Below the pieces are notes generated by a model. The model saw only the letters and a list, made by a program, of their open reading frames with translations. It made no database searches and was not told where the DNA came from. Position numbers and translations under genes: made by a program. Of a stretch of 64,000 nucleotides of DNA, positions 48,719 through 57,798 are shown in pieces; positions within the stretch are counted from its first letter, which is position 1, and every line of letters starts with the position of its first letter. Origin of the DNA: Minisyncoccota bacterium (GTDB lineage: Bacteria; Patescibacteriota; Minisyncoccia; Phycocordibacterales; UBA9973); NCBI GenBank assembly GCA_036405895.1, contig DASWWS010000002.1, positions 20,903 through 84,902 on the forward strand. The letters are read 5' to 3'.

Positions 48719-50951
48719 CAATGCGATCCATTGCAATGCGGGCAAGCAAATACGACACCGTAGACTCGGCGCCCTGATTGAGATTAATCGCGTGCTCTCC
48801 AATGCCGTCATAGCAGCCCCCTGTTGAATGCGTGTAGACGAATTGTCGAAGCAGGTTGTTTCCGAGAAACCAGTTGAAGGCAAGCACTATTTTTTCGCGG
48901 TATATCGGCTCGCTCTTGATCGAAATCATTTTTGCAATTGCGAGCACAAGGGCCGAGACTTCTTCGGGCTGCTGGTCGTGGCGCTCTTTTTTACCGCCCT
49001 TTTTATACCATCCCGCCTGCCCCACCGGCACGCATACACCTCCTTCAAAAGACTGCGCCAATAAGAAATCAAGAGCACTCTTCCCCACCTGCAAATACTT
49101 TTCGTCACGCGTCACCGTGTAGGCAATTAAGAGCGCTTCGGGAAGCACGCCGTTTGAATACGTGAGCGACTCTTCGAACCACTGCCATGAAGAGTCTGAG
49201 CTTCGCTCATAGAGGTCCACCAAAAAGTCCGCGTACCGGCGAATGCGAAGCATACTCTCTTCTCGGCTCTCAGGAAAATCAGCAACAGCCGCGAATGCCT
49301 TGATATAAGCAGCTGCAGCACGCGGAGAAACTACCTGCCGGTGCTCGGCGGTGCGCTCTGAAAAAAGAGCTCTCGCGCGAGCCACCACACCCTCGGGAAG
49401 CGTGCTGTGCATCACTTCTGCAAGTGCCCACAATGCGCGCGCATTTGCGTCTTCGAGATTTTCATTATTGTTCAAACTGGTATGTGAAATTCTCTCGGTA
49501 GTAAAATAATTGGCAAAGCTCTCTGGGTGCACGGTTGCTGCGCGTTCTATAAAGCCAAGATACGTATCCGCAAGATTCTTTGCGTCTTCGCTTGGGTGTG
49601 AGGCGCTGTACCAGCTCATTGCAACCAACGCGCGTGCATTGTCGTCGAGCGTGTAGCCAAATTTCGGATCCGGGTTGCCCAGATGCGCAAACTGCCATAT
49701 GCCGAAGTCGTCGGTGAGCTTTTTGATATAGTCGAGCTTGATTGGCACCATGCATTCTTTAAACCCAAGCAAAGAGGGCGCGTGCTCTGAAAAAACCGTC
49801 ATATAGCCAAGCGCCACATTTGGCCATGTCATTGCACGGGTTCTAAAGTACGCAGCCTTTCCCAAAGATTTCAATTCTGCTTCATTTCCAAAAACGCGGC
49901 GCACATTGTCTGCGATTTCCTGATGGCTCTCAAACGGCAGCAGCACCCCCACTTCAGGCGTGACTATTTCTTTTGCCTGCATGAAGCTGGTGGAGAATAC
50001 CGTCCTCCCCGCTCCGAGCGCATACGAAAGCGTTCCGGACACCGCTTGGTTGGGGTTTTGCGAAAGCGACAGATAAATATCGGTAGCTTCCAAAAACAGC
50101 AGCAGTTCTTTCGTTTCCAAATACCGATTATGAAAGACAACGTGAGCTTCTACTCCAAGCTCGCGCGCAAGCGCTATAAGCTCATTTCGATACACTTCCC
50201 CTTCGCGGCGAGCAACAACCGGATGCGTTGCACCCAGCACCAAGTACACAGTGTCAGGATATGTTGCAACAATGTCCGGCAAAGCGCGAATACCGTATTC
50301 AATACCCTTTCCTCGGCTCAAAAGCCCGAAGGTTGAAAGCACTCGCTTTCCTGAAAGTCCCAAACGCTCTTTTGCAGAGGCGCCGTCGGTATAGCTTTCG
50401 GGGTGAATACCGTGAGGAATGATACGCACTTTTTCTGCAGGAGTGTCATAGAGCGTGAGCAAAAGCTCGCGTGACACTTCTGTCATCACAACAGCACAAT
50501 CCACTGCATCGAGAATGGCCTGCATCACACCTTTCATTTCCTCCGACGGTTCGGGAAGTACTGTGTGAAAAGTAATCACAGAAGGCTTAGTGAGCTCCTG
50601 TAAAAAAGCAATAATGTTCTCTCCCTGATGTTCGCCAAAAATGCCGAATTCATGTTGTACTGAAACAAGGGCCACATGCGCTATTGAATTGAGCGTTTGC
50701 GCCGCTTTTATATATTCGTCTTTCGAATTTTCTTGTATTGAAAATAGCACCTTTGAGTCGTACTGGGTATCGGCCGTAGCTTCCGTATTCATGGAGATAA
50801 CGCGCGTCTGCGCCTCATCGGAAAAAAGCTCGTCGGTGTAAGAAATCAGGTCTGCCGTAAAGGTTGCAATGCCGCACTCGCGGGGAGGATAGGTGCTGAC
50901 ATAAACAATGCAGTCCTTTTCATATGCATCCCGGGAAACAGCATTAGTCAT
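48681..50951 (-). CDS. GT4 (GT-B fold) glycosyltransferase fused to C-terminal (alpha/alpha)6-barrel glycoside-hydrolase-like domain
   Basis: N-terminal GT4 retaining-transferase pattern (...STFGLLSRGKG...E..A.GT..); C-terminal about 370 aa with hydrolase-like W/D/E-rich blocks; ATG 50951 preferred over track start 51038. Confidence 0.5.
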   Translation of the reverse strand: MTNAVSRDAYEKDCIVYVSTYPPRECGIATFTADLISYTDELFSDEAQTRVISMNTEATADTQYDSKVLFSIQENSKDEYIKAAQTLNSIAHVALVSVQHEFGIFGEHQGENIIAFLQELTKPSVITFHTVLPEPSEEMKGVMQAILDAVDCAVVMTEVSRELLLTLYDTPAEKVRIIPHGIHPESYTDGASAKERLGLSGKRVLSTFGLLSRGKGIEYGIRALPDIVATYPDTVYLVLGATHPVVARREGEVYRNELIALARELGVEAHVVFHNRYLETKELLLFLEATDIYLSLSQNPNQAVSGTLSYALGAGRTVFSTSFMQAKEIVTPEVGVLLPFESHQEIADNVRRVFGNEAELKSLGKAAYFRTRAMTWPNVALGYMTVFSEHAPSLLGFKECMVPIKLDYIKKLTDDFGIWQFAHLGNPDPKFGYTLDDNARALVAMSWYSASHPSEDAKNLADTYLGFIERAATVHPESFANYFTTERISHTSLNNNENLEDANARALWALAEVMHSTLPEGVVARARALFSERTAEHRQVVSPRAAAAYIKAFAAVADFPESREESMLRIRRYADFLVDLYERSSDSSWQWFEESLTYSNGVLPEALLIAYTVTRDEKYLQVGKSALDFLLAQSFEGGVCVPVGQAGWYKKGGKKERHDQQPEEVSALVLAIAKMISIKSEPIYREKIVLAFNWFLGNNLLRQFVYTHSTGGCYDGIGEHAINLNQGAESTVSYLLARIAMDRIAKPVSKARYPKD

Positions 50952-51978
50952 GGGATGATGCAAGGAGTTCGCTGATAAGAGGTGCGAGCGGCGTGGTTGC
51001 AAGGCATACGTATCGGTCGGATGCGCCGTAGTATACATGCAGTATTCCGTCTTTTACGTATCCGCCTGTCGGAAAGACAATGTGGGAATTGCGCTCTTTT
51101 TCATATGCCTCGTCAGGTGCAAGAATGTCATAGTCGAGCTTGCCGATAAGGCGAGTAGGCTCATCAAGCGCAAAGAGTGCCGCACGTGCGGTGTAGTTGA
51201 AGCCGTCCGGACGATCGGTCGTTATTACATGGTGATAAATAACAAGCCAGCCTTCGGGAGTTTCAATCGGGGGAAGGCCTGGGCCGATTTTTGCGTCATT
51301 GGCATGAGAGGTCGGCAAGAAAACTGAGTGATTGTCCCAGTGCAGCAAATCATCCGACCAGGCAATCCATATTGCCGGATTTTGCGGAAGAGCGGAGAGG
51401 TCGCACGGCCAATTGACCGGGTTGCCCTCTGCGCGCCTTCGATCGCACTTTGGCTTATTCCATCGGTTCGGGCGATGCAGCATGCAGTAGCGGCCGTTGA
51501 TCTTGCGGGGAAAGAGCACGATATCCTTATTGTCCGAGTCTTCCGCCGAAATAATGCCGAGATTTTCAAATGACTGAAAGTCGCGTGTGCGCAAAAGCCC
51601 CGTTGCCGTTTCAAGCGGCGTTGTGCGCGGAAAGGAAGAGCCGTTTAGCATAATGCGCTCGGGCACTGCAACATAGGTCACATAATAGTCGTCTTCTATT
51701 TTTGTGATGCGCGGGTCTTCGGTGCCCCACGCATCAAATGTTTCGCGAGGTTCAAATACGGGCTGAAGTGAAGCGCGCGTAAAATGAATGCCGTCAGTGC
51801 TCTTTGCAAGACCGAAGCGCGAAACATATGCATCAAGCTCCCCCACTGCGCGATACAAAAGTACTACTTCGCTTCCTGTATGGATTGCGCCGGGATTAAA
51901 TACTCCTTCATTTTCCCACGCATACGCAGGGTCGGGCGAAAAAATGGGGTTGCCTTCGTGGCGCTTTAGACTAATCAT
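50944..51978 (-). CDS. GH130-family glycoside phosphorylase (beta-mannoside phosphorylase-like)
   Basis: N-terminus ...EGNPIFSPDPAYAWENEGVFNPGAI... and five-bladed beta-propeller pattern typical of GH130. Confidence 0.65.
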   Translation of the reverse strand: MISLKRHEGNPIFSPDPAYAWENEGVFNPGAIHTGSEVVLLYRAVGELDAYVSRFGLAKSTDGIHFTRASLQPVFEPRETFDAWGTEDPRITKIEDDYYVTYVAVPERIMLNGSSFPRTTPLETATGLLRTRDFQSFENLGIISAEDSDNKDIVLFPRKINGRYCMLHRPNRWNKPKCDRRRAEGNPVNWPCDLSALPQNPAIWIAWSDDLLHWDNHSVFLPTSHANDAKIGPGLPPIETPEGWLVIYHHVITTDRPDGFNYTARAALFALDEPTRLIGKLDYDILAPDEAYEKERNSHIVFPTGGYVKDGILHVYYGASDRYVCLATTPLAPLISELLASSHD

Positions 51979-52316
51979 ACGCGACCGTACTTGTCTTGCA
52001 GTCTGATAATATCATCCTCATCGAATGCGCCTCGCGCAATTTCAAGAATTTCTGCGTCAGCACCTTCGGCCTCTATTCGATGCGCTGTGCCAGCAGCAAT
52101 ACTGAATTCATCTCCCGCTTTTGCACGTGTCGTCACGTCTCCAATAGTGATGCGCGGCGTACCGGAAAGCACTTTCCAGAATTCTTCGCGGTGCGCATGC
52201 GTCTGGAGGCTGAACGCTTCCCCAGCCCTTACGAACAGCACCTTAACGGTTGTTGATTCATTATGGGTAAATTGCCTGAATGCTCCCCATGGCTTGGAAG
52301 TGGTCTGTGGTTCCAT
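51975..52316 (-). CDS. cupin-domain protein, mannose-6-phosphate isomerase type II-like
   Basis: KPWGAFRQF...SLQTHAHREEFWKVLSGTPRITIGD...AGTAHRIE cupin PMI signature. Confidence 0.7.
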   Translation of the reverse strand: MEPQTTSKPWGAFRQFTHNESTTVKVLFVRAGEAFSLQTHAHREEFWKVLSGTPRITIGDVTTRAKAGDEFSIAAGTAHRIEAEGADAEILEIARGAFDEDDIIRLQDKYGRV

Positions 52317-52323
52317 AGGCTTA

Positions 52324-53319
52324 TTATAGCTTACCCTCTATCAGTTTTCTAATAACACCTTTCGTCTCGGAAACGCCTTTGACTGCAGCAACTGCAACGC
52401 CTACGCGCAGCACTGCTGCGTCATTCCCTCCTTTAAAGAGCGCGTCTCCTACAAATAAGAGCTGCTCGGTATCGAGGTGGGTATGCTTAAGCAGGGACTT
52501 GATGCCGTATGCCTTGTCCACTGAGCCTTTTGTCACATCAATGGAGGTCATTCCTCCGATTGAAATAGAGAACTCCGGTATCTGTTTCTTTAGAGCATGT
52601 TGGAGTGCTGTTCGTTTTTCATGATGGGGATCCCAGAGCGCTTTGAGTTCGGTAGGGGCAGTACTGCCAAGGCCGGAGAAAGTGATTTGTGTTCCGCGGT
52701 CTTCGATAATGACTCCATTCGCGTCAGTCGGGCGGACATAACCTGTTTGCGTGAACGCAGTTTCAAACGCCGCAAATATTTTCGCCTTTTCTTCGGCAGT
52801 CAGTGCATTTTCGTACTCTGTTTTCCATGTGCCATTGTGCGAGAGAAGTGCGGCCCCATTAGTAGGAAGCAGATAGAGATTGGAGAGAAGCGCAGAAGAC
52901 GGCAAATGAGAGAGCACCTGCTTTTCGAGCTGAGGAATACCGGCGCCGGAAATGATGGCAACTTTTTTCACGCTTAACAGATCGGCAATAAGACCAGCCA
53001 TCTCATTATCGAGAGACATCTTGCTCTCGGCGAGCGTGCCATCGAGATCAAAGGCGATGAGGGAAAATTCTTTTTGCACTCCCCACTGCCACCGCGGCTT
53101 TTCGCCTGTTGCATAGCAAATGCGAATCAAGGCGGTAGTCAGTATTAAAAATGGAAGAACGAGCATAAAGAAGACTTCGCGGTCGGGCGATGCATTGTCG
53201 ACCGTGCTTGCAAAAAAGGCCATTACCGCCACATATACTGCAAGCACTAGCCATCCCTGCCAGGCTGCCGGATACCAGCCCCATCCATATGCTTTTCGTT
53301 TGAACCAGAGTTTTTTCAT
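52324..53319 (-). CDS. HAD-superfamily IIB sugar-phosphate phosphatase with N-terminal TM anchor
   Basis: DLDGTL motif I, downstream T/S and GDxxND-type motifs (VGDALFKGGND). Confidence 0.65.
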   Translation of the reverse strand: MKKLWFKRKAYGWGWYPAAWQGWLVLAVYVAVMAFFASTVDNASPDREVFFMLVLPFLILTTALIRICYATGEKPRWQWGVQKEFSLIAFDLDGTLAESKMSLDNEMAGLIADLLSVKKVAIISGAGIPQLEKQVLSHLPSSALLSNLYLLPTNGAALLSHNGTWKTEYENALTAEEKAKIFAAFETAFTQTGYVRPTDANGVIIEDRGTQITFSGLGSTAPTELKALWDPHHEKRTALQHALKKQIPEFSISIGGMTSIDVTKGSVDKAYGIKSLLKHTHLDTEQLLFVGDALFKGGNDAAVLRVGVAVAAVKGVSETKGVIRKLIEGKL

Positions 53320-53375
53320 ACCCTTATTTTACCATATAAAAAAGCCCTCTTTTTGAGGGCTTTTTTGGGGTCGTT

Positions 53376-54146
53376 TTAATTCAAAAATGAAAGTGCTGAC
53401 TTGATGGAGAGGAGTATCTTCTGCCAAAAGCTCACAGGCGCCTGTACCTCTTGCATTCCTGGCATCATTGGGAGACCTCCTGCAACACTGCCTTCTGCAG
53501 ACACAGCCGCAGTGGGACCATTTGATGGAGCTGCTGGCTCGGGTGCTGCGGGCGCCGGAGTTGCGCTCTTGCATTCCCCTTCATAGAGTGTCGTCGCCTT
53601 GTCCGCCCCGAGCATGCACGAGTTGCCGTATGTTTTTGTCACACCGCTTGGGCTCTTTCCGCACACCGGCATGTACTGCATCGTGCACATGGTGGGAGTT
53701 TCTTCTCCAGGCACTGTAATGCCGTACCCTGTCATTGCAGTCACCGCGAGGCCGATAGAAGCGTAGCTTGTGTTCAGTGCAAGAGAGTTTGTAGTGTAGC
53801 CATTAACCGCAGTACCATTTGCATAAATCATCCACACGCTGCCCGCCTGGAATGTTTCGTAGCCATTGTCGTATCCGCACGCAGCAGAACTACTAGTAGT
53901 TTGGATTGTTACAGTATTCCCCAATGTTCCCTTATATACCTGGTCTACCTTAAACGTGATGCGGTAATCGCCATTGACGCTCTTGTCCTGAGCAATCATC
54001 TGCACGGTACCGATAAATGCAATGTCCTTTTGTGCAAGGTTTTCTTTTGCAGTAGGCGGCCAATTGCCGTCCGGCTTACACGCGTACGCGGTATTCGTGC
54101 TAAAAAGCGAAATAATGAGGACAAATGCTATAAGGATTTTTTTCAT
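53376..54146 (-). CDS. secreted two-domain protein: N-terminal NTR/TIMP-like module + C-terminal Kazal-like domain (putative protease inhibitor)
   Basis: signal peptide MKKILIAFVLIISLFSTNTAYA; CKPDGNWPPTAKENLAQKDIAFIGTV... parallels TIMP N-terminus [22 protein letters not shown]; C-terminal C-x6-PVCG-x9-TYGNSC-x15-C Kazal pattern. Confidence 0.5.
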   Translation of the reverse strand: MKKILIAFVLIISLFSTNTAYACKPDGNWPPTAKENLAQKDIAFIGTVQMIAQDKSVNGDYRITFKVDQVYKGTLGNTVTIQTTSSSAACGYDNGYETFQAGSVWMIYANGTAVNGYTTNSLALNTSYASIGLAVTAMTGYGITVPGEETPTMCTMQYMPVCGKSPSGVTKTYGNSCMLGADKATTLYEGECKSATPAPAAPEPAAPSNGPTAAVSAEGSVAGGLPMMPGMQEVQAPVSFWQKILLSIKSALSFLN

Positions 54147-54176
54147 AATAATAAGACGAGTGTTGTTAATGGTTTC

Positions 54177-54917
54177 TTACAATTCTTTTGCGTACTGAGC
54201 AATATCTCCTCGGGGAATGGAAAACTCTATCGCTCCCGTTGCCCCCGGCGCTATTTCATATTTGTCGAAATAGAGAGTGAGCGCATTGTCGTTGAGCGAG
54301 AAATTGTCGAATGAAGCAAAGGTGAGCTTCTTTACATCTTCTTCAAAAACGACCATGGAGGCCATGCCCCCTGGGCGCCAGCTGAGAAGCTGTTGCTGAA
54401 TATACGCGGTAAATGCCGCCTGGCTGTTGCCCGGTATAATATCGGACAATGCAAGAAGTGTGTCGTTAGAACGCGCGGCCGTGAATACTTTGTAGATACT
54501 GTTGCCGTTTGCGCCCCCGGTATAGACATAACTTTCCACCACAATAGATTCTGTCTCTGCACCTGTGCTGTATTTTGCGGTCATCTCAATCGTATAAGTT
54601 GAAGGCGCGATAGCGTCAGGAAACTGCTCTCGCATGCCCGGGACTTCGGCGTCCGCGCGCGCCTTAAATGCTGCAACGCTTTGGTCTACATATGCACGGG
54701 CCGCAACTGCAACACTACTGTCTCCTGCAATTACAGGTTTTGTACCGCTAAAGTTTGCTTCGGTAATTTTTGTTTCAGTAATAGTAACCGGCACTTTTTC
54801 TTCTACCGCATTTTCAGGGGCAATAATTGTCTGGTTGTGCTTATTGAGCCACAGTGCAAGCACAATAATAATTGCGAGGACCAGGATAGTTACAAGAATT
54901 GTCGGTATTCTTTTCAT
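54177..54917 (-). CDS. membrane-anchored DUF3298/DUF4163-like protein (RsiV-like fold)
   Basis: N-terminal TM then two beta-rich domains; weak family resemblance only. Confidence 0.35.
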   Translation of the reverse strand: MKRIPTILVTILVLAIIIVLALWLNKHNQTIIAPENAVEEKVPVTITETKITEANFSGTKPVIAGDSSVAVAARAYVDQSVAAFKARADAEVPGMREQFPDAIAPSTYTIEMTAKYSTGAETESIVVESYVYTGGANGNSIYKVFTAARSNDTLLALSDIIPGNSQAAFTAYIQQQLLSWRPGGMASMVVFEEDVKKLTFASFDNFSLNDNALTLYFDKYEIAPGATGAIEFSIPRGDIAQYAKEL

Positions 54918-54920
54918 AAA

Positions 54921-55409
54921 CTACTTTACTGGAGGATAGTATTCGACGACCTTCCACCCTTCGTTTACCCATGCAACAGTGATGTCCACTGGTTTTCGGG
55001 AAAACTCTGTTCCGCTTTCAACCTCAGCACTTGTCATCTCAATTATTTCTGCAGATACTTTGTAATAGTCCCGGACTTTTTCCATGCTGATTACCTCAAT
55101 CCTCTCAGGCCACGGGCTTGACGTAGCGCGCCCCGGCGCTTGGGACGTGCTCTGTATCCATCGCGTAATCAAAGCGGGAGCGACAGTAGCTTCGTACTCT
55201 TTCTTGATGCTTGCACTCAGCACATCTTGCTCCGCCGTAAGAGGGACATTCTTCATCTGTCCTCCAAATGCGACAACGGTCGCTGCAACCGCTTCCTTTT
55301 CCTCTGCAACTATTTGCTCAACAGTCGGCTCTTTTGTCCGGGTATAAACAAATAGTGCTGTTGCCGCTACAATGCCGATAATAATAAGTATCAATGTTTT
55401 CTTTTTCAT
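54921..55409 (-). CDS. hypothetical membrane-anchored protein
   Basis: 162 aa, N-terminal TM. Confidence 0.35.
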   Translation of the reverse strand: MKKKTLILIIIGIVAATALFVYTRTKEPTVEQIVAEEKEAVAATVVAFGGQMKNVPLTAEQDVLSASIKKEYEATVAPALITRWIQSTSQAPGRATSSPWPERIEVISMEKVRDYYKVSAEIIEMTSAEVESGTEFSRKPVDITVAWVNEGWKVVEYYPPVK

Positions 55410-55463
55410 AGAATCATTATACTACGTTTTTCGGTTTATTCCTCTGAAACGCCCCTCTCGGTG

Positions 55464-55901
55464 CTATGCGTCAAACAGTCCAGTATTTACCTTCTTTTTC
55501 ACATGAGGAATGCGTGGAACCACGATGGCGACAAGGCCCGCTACAACGGCGACGACATAAAAACCGTATCCAATCGTCATGCCGATTGCACCGGCAAACC
55601 ACATACTTGCAGCGGTGGTGAGGTTTTTCACGCTCGCCCCCTCTTTCAAAATGAGCCCCGCTCCAAGAAAGCCAATACCGGAAACAATTTGCGCTGCAAT
55701 GCGCGACTTGGATGCGGGATCCACGACTCCAGAAAGAAACGTAAAGAGCATTGCTCCTGCGAGCACAAAGATGTGAGTACTGATTCCTGCATCCTTGCCG
55801 CGACTTTCGCGCTCCGCTCCGATGAGGTATCCAAGAATAACAGCCAGAGCAAGATTGATAATAAACGTGACTTCCATTGTTCCAAAAAGTTGTTGTAGCA
55901 T
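55464..55901 (-). CDS. MgtC/SapB-family membrane protein
   Basis: LAVILGYLIGAERE...GIGFLGAGLI MgtC core. Confidence 0.75.
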   Translation of the reverse strand: MLQQLFGTMEVTFIINLALAVILGYLIGAERESRGKDAGISTHIFVLAGAMLFTFLSGVVDPASKSRIAAQIVSGIGFLGAGLILKEGASVKNLTTAASMWFAGAIGMTIGYGFYVVAVVAGLVAIVVPRIPHVKKKVNTGLFDA

Positions 55902-55905
55902 GGTT

Positions 55906-56478
55906 TTATTTTAGCACTTCGGAGAGGAGTTCTGGAAATTCAGTGGTGCCCATATCACCCTCTGTAAAATGGCCCTTGCCTGCAAACTCTACAACCATAA
56001 GGCCTGCAATAGCCTCTTTCAACAGCTCCGCTGTTTTTTGCATTGGCGCATCATCATCACTTGAGATAAAAACAGTTATTCCTTTTGTTCTTTCTGCAAG
56101 AGCAGGGTCAATAATAAAATCAAAAAAGTCGCTTACTAATTCCCTCTCTTCGTGCTCAGGGTCCATCCACGGAGCGACCAGTATCACCACTCCTACTTTC
56201 TTCTTGTTTTCAGAAAGCCATCGCACCAAAAATCCGGCCCCGCAACTGTGCCCGATCAATATAGTTTCTTCATCTATTGGAAATTGCTCGAATACCGCTT
56301 TCCATTTTTCATACTGTGGAGCATAGGGCTCGGGCATTTCAGGAGTTTCGACCGCAATACCTTGTGCCTCAAGTTCGCTCTTTATCCAAGGAAGCCAGTG
56401 CTGTTTTGAAGAAGTTGCACCTCGTGCAATATATTCTTCTTTACTCGGCATTCCATGGATAACAATGGCGTTTCTCAT
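55906..56478 (-). CDS. alpha/beta-hydrolase (RBBP9/YdeN-like serine hydrolase)
   Basis: GHSCG nucleophile elbow, about 190 aa; ATG 56478. Confidence 0.6.
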   Translation of the reverse strand: MRNAIVIHGMPSKEEYIARGATSSKQHWLPWIKSELEAQGIAVETPEMPEPYAPQYEKWKAVFEQFPIDEETILIGHSCGAGFLVRWLSENKKKVGVVILVAPWMDPEHEERELVSDFFDFIIDPALAERTKGITVFISSDDDAPMQKTAELLKEAIAGLMVVEFAGKGHFTEGDMGTTEFPELLSEVLK

Positions 56479-56509
56479 GCAGAAAAGTATATCATGGTAG
56501 AATAGGCGT

Positions 56510-57658
56510 ATGACTACAAAAACACTCCTCACAACATTTCTCTCTGCATCATTTGTTCTCGGTATTACAGCTGGACCGCTCTACGGAGCAACCCTTACGA
56601 CTGAACTCAACACCCTTGTTGACCAGCAAAAAATTGCGCGCGCAAAACAATCTGTATGTATTGAACAAAATGGTGTTGATACCCTCTCCTATAATGCCCA
56701 GACTCGTATTATCCCGGCATCTGTGTCCAAGCTCTACACCTTTGACTTCGCGCTTGCAACACTGCCAGAAGATTTTCGCTACACAACGAATTTTTATGTG
56801 CAGGGCACGACGCTCTATATCAATGGCGCGGGGGACCCGCACTTTGTGGCTGAGCACCTTACAAAAGTACTCACGACCGTACAATCTGAAAAGAATATCG
56901 TGATAGATCATATTGTTTTCACTCCAGGCTTTTATTTCAATTGGGAAATGGCGCCAGCTGCTGTACAGACAGCGCTTGCAAATGCGGTGCGCAACACTCC
57001 GGGCATGCCTGTTTCTCCAAACGTGCGCATCACGCTTTCTCTTGTACCGTACAACGGAAAAGGCACTTCCTACCAATTCAGTTCAGCTCCCCTGCCCGCC
57101 CTCTTGAAACAAATCAACAACTACTCAACCAATATCTCGGCCGACATTCTCCTTTCTCGCTTGGGCGGACCGGTCGCCTTTTCCGAGTACATGAAAAAGA
57201 CTTATGATGCGGGCCCTGAAACAGTGTCCTTTATGACAGGCTCCGGACTCTATGGCAATTACACGACGTGCGCTCTGACGCTTCGCGTTATCAAACATTT
57301 GGAATCCCAGCTCAAAGAGCGTGACCTCGAAGTTACTGACGTCCTGTCCATGCCGAAAGTTGATCCGGGTGTAATCGAAAAGCGCGCAATCAATATGGAC
57401 GGAAAAAATGCGATTGTCGCAAAGAGTGGGTTCGTCAATTACCATCACGCACTTGCGGGGGTTATTAATACAGCAGACAAACCGGCATACTTTGCAATCT
57501 TCACCAACTACAACTTTATGGCCCAGACAAGTGCGGTAAAGACAATGGTGGATCAATACACGGAGAAAATCCTCGCGCACTTTAGCCCAACGCTTGAGTC
57601 ATTTGACTACGCTCCGGACCCGAGCATCTTTGAGGATGTCCTCATAAAAAAACTGTAA
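56510..57658 (+). CDS. D-alanyl-D-alanine carboxypeptidase/endopeptidase (PBP4/S13-like)
   Basis: signal/TM, SVSKL (SxxK) active site, SGL (SxN-like) and KSG motifs. Confidence 0.7.
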   Translation: MTTKTLLTTFLSASFVLGITAGPLYGATLTTELNTLVDQQKIARAKQSVCIEQNGVDTLSYNAQTRIIPASVSKLYTFDFALATLPEDFRYTTNFYVQGTTLYINGAGDPHFVAEHLTKVLTTVQSEKNIVIDHIVFTPGFYFNWEMAPAAVQTALANAVRNTPGMPVSPNVRITLSLVPYNGKGTSYQFSSAPLPALLKQINNYSTNISADILLSRLGGPVAFSEYMKKTYDAGPETVSFMTGSGLYGNYTTCALTLRVIKHLESQLKERDLEVTDVLSMPKVDPGVIEKRAINMDGKNAIVAKSGFVNYHHALAGVINTADKPAYFAIFTNYNFMAQTSAVKTMVDQYTEKILAHFSPTLESFDYAPDPSIFEDVLIKKL

Positions 57659-57661
57659 TAC

Positions 57662-57694
57662 CTTACCTAGCAAGGACCGTCCTTGCTAGGTAAG
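57662..57694. repeat. type B hairpin repeat, extended perfect 16+1+16 palindrome (cttacctagcaaggac-c-gtccttgctaggtaag)
   Basis: starts 4 nt after dacB-like stop. Confidence 0.9.
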
Positions 57695-57711
57695 ATTTAG
57701 CGTTGCAAAAG

Positions 57712-57740
57712 AAAATCCCGAGCAGTTGCTCGGGATTTTC
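57712..57740. terminator. bidirectional rho-independent terminator between convergent genes
   Basis: gaaaa-tcccgagcagttgctcggga-ttttc. Confidence 0.7.
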
Positions 57741-57744
57741 TACC

Positions 57745-57775
57745 TTACCTAACGAGGACCGTCCTCGTTAGGTAA
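57745..57775. repeat. type C hairpin repeat, 15+1+15 palindrome (ttacctaacgaggac-c-gtcctcgttaggtaa)
   Basis: shares outer flank ccttacct with the adjacent type B copy. Confidence 0.9.
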
Positions 57776-57777
57776 TT

Positions 57778-57798
57778 TCAGAAGGACGGTCCTTCTGA
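57778..57798. repeat. type A hairpin repeat (tcagaaggac-g-gtccttctga) abutting stop codon of 57799..58779
   Basis: 10+1+10 palindrome. Confidence 0.9.
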
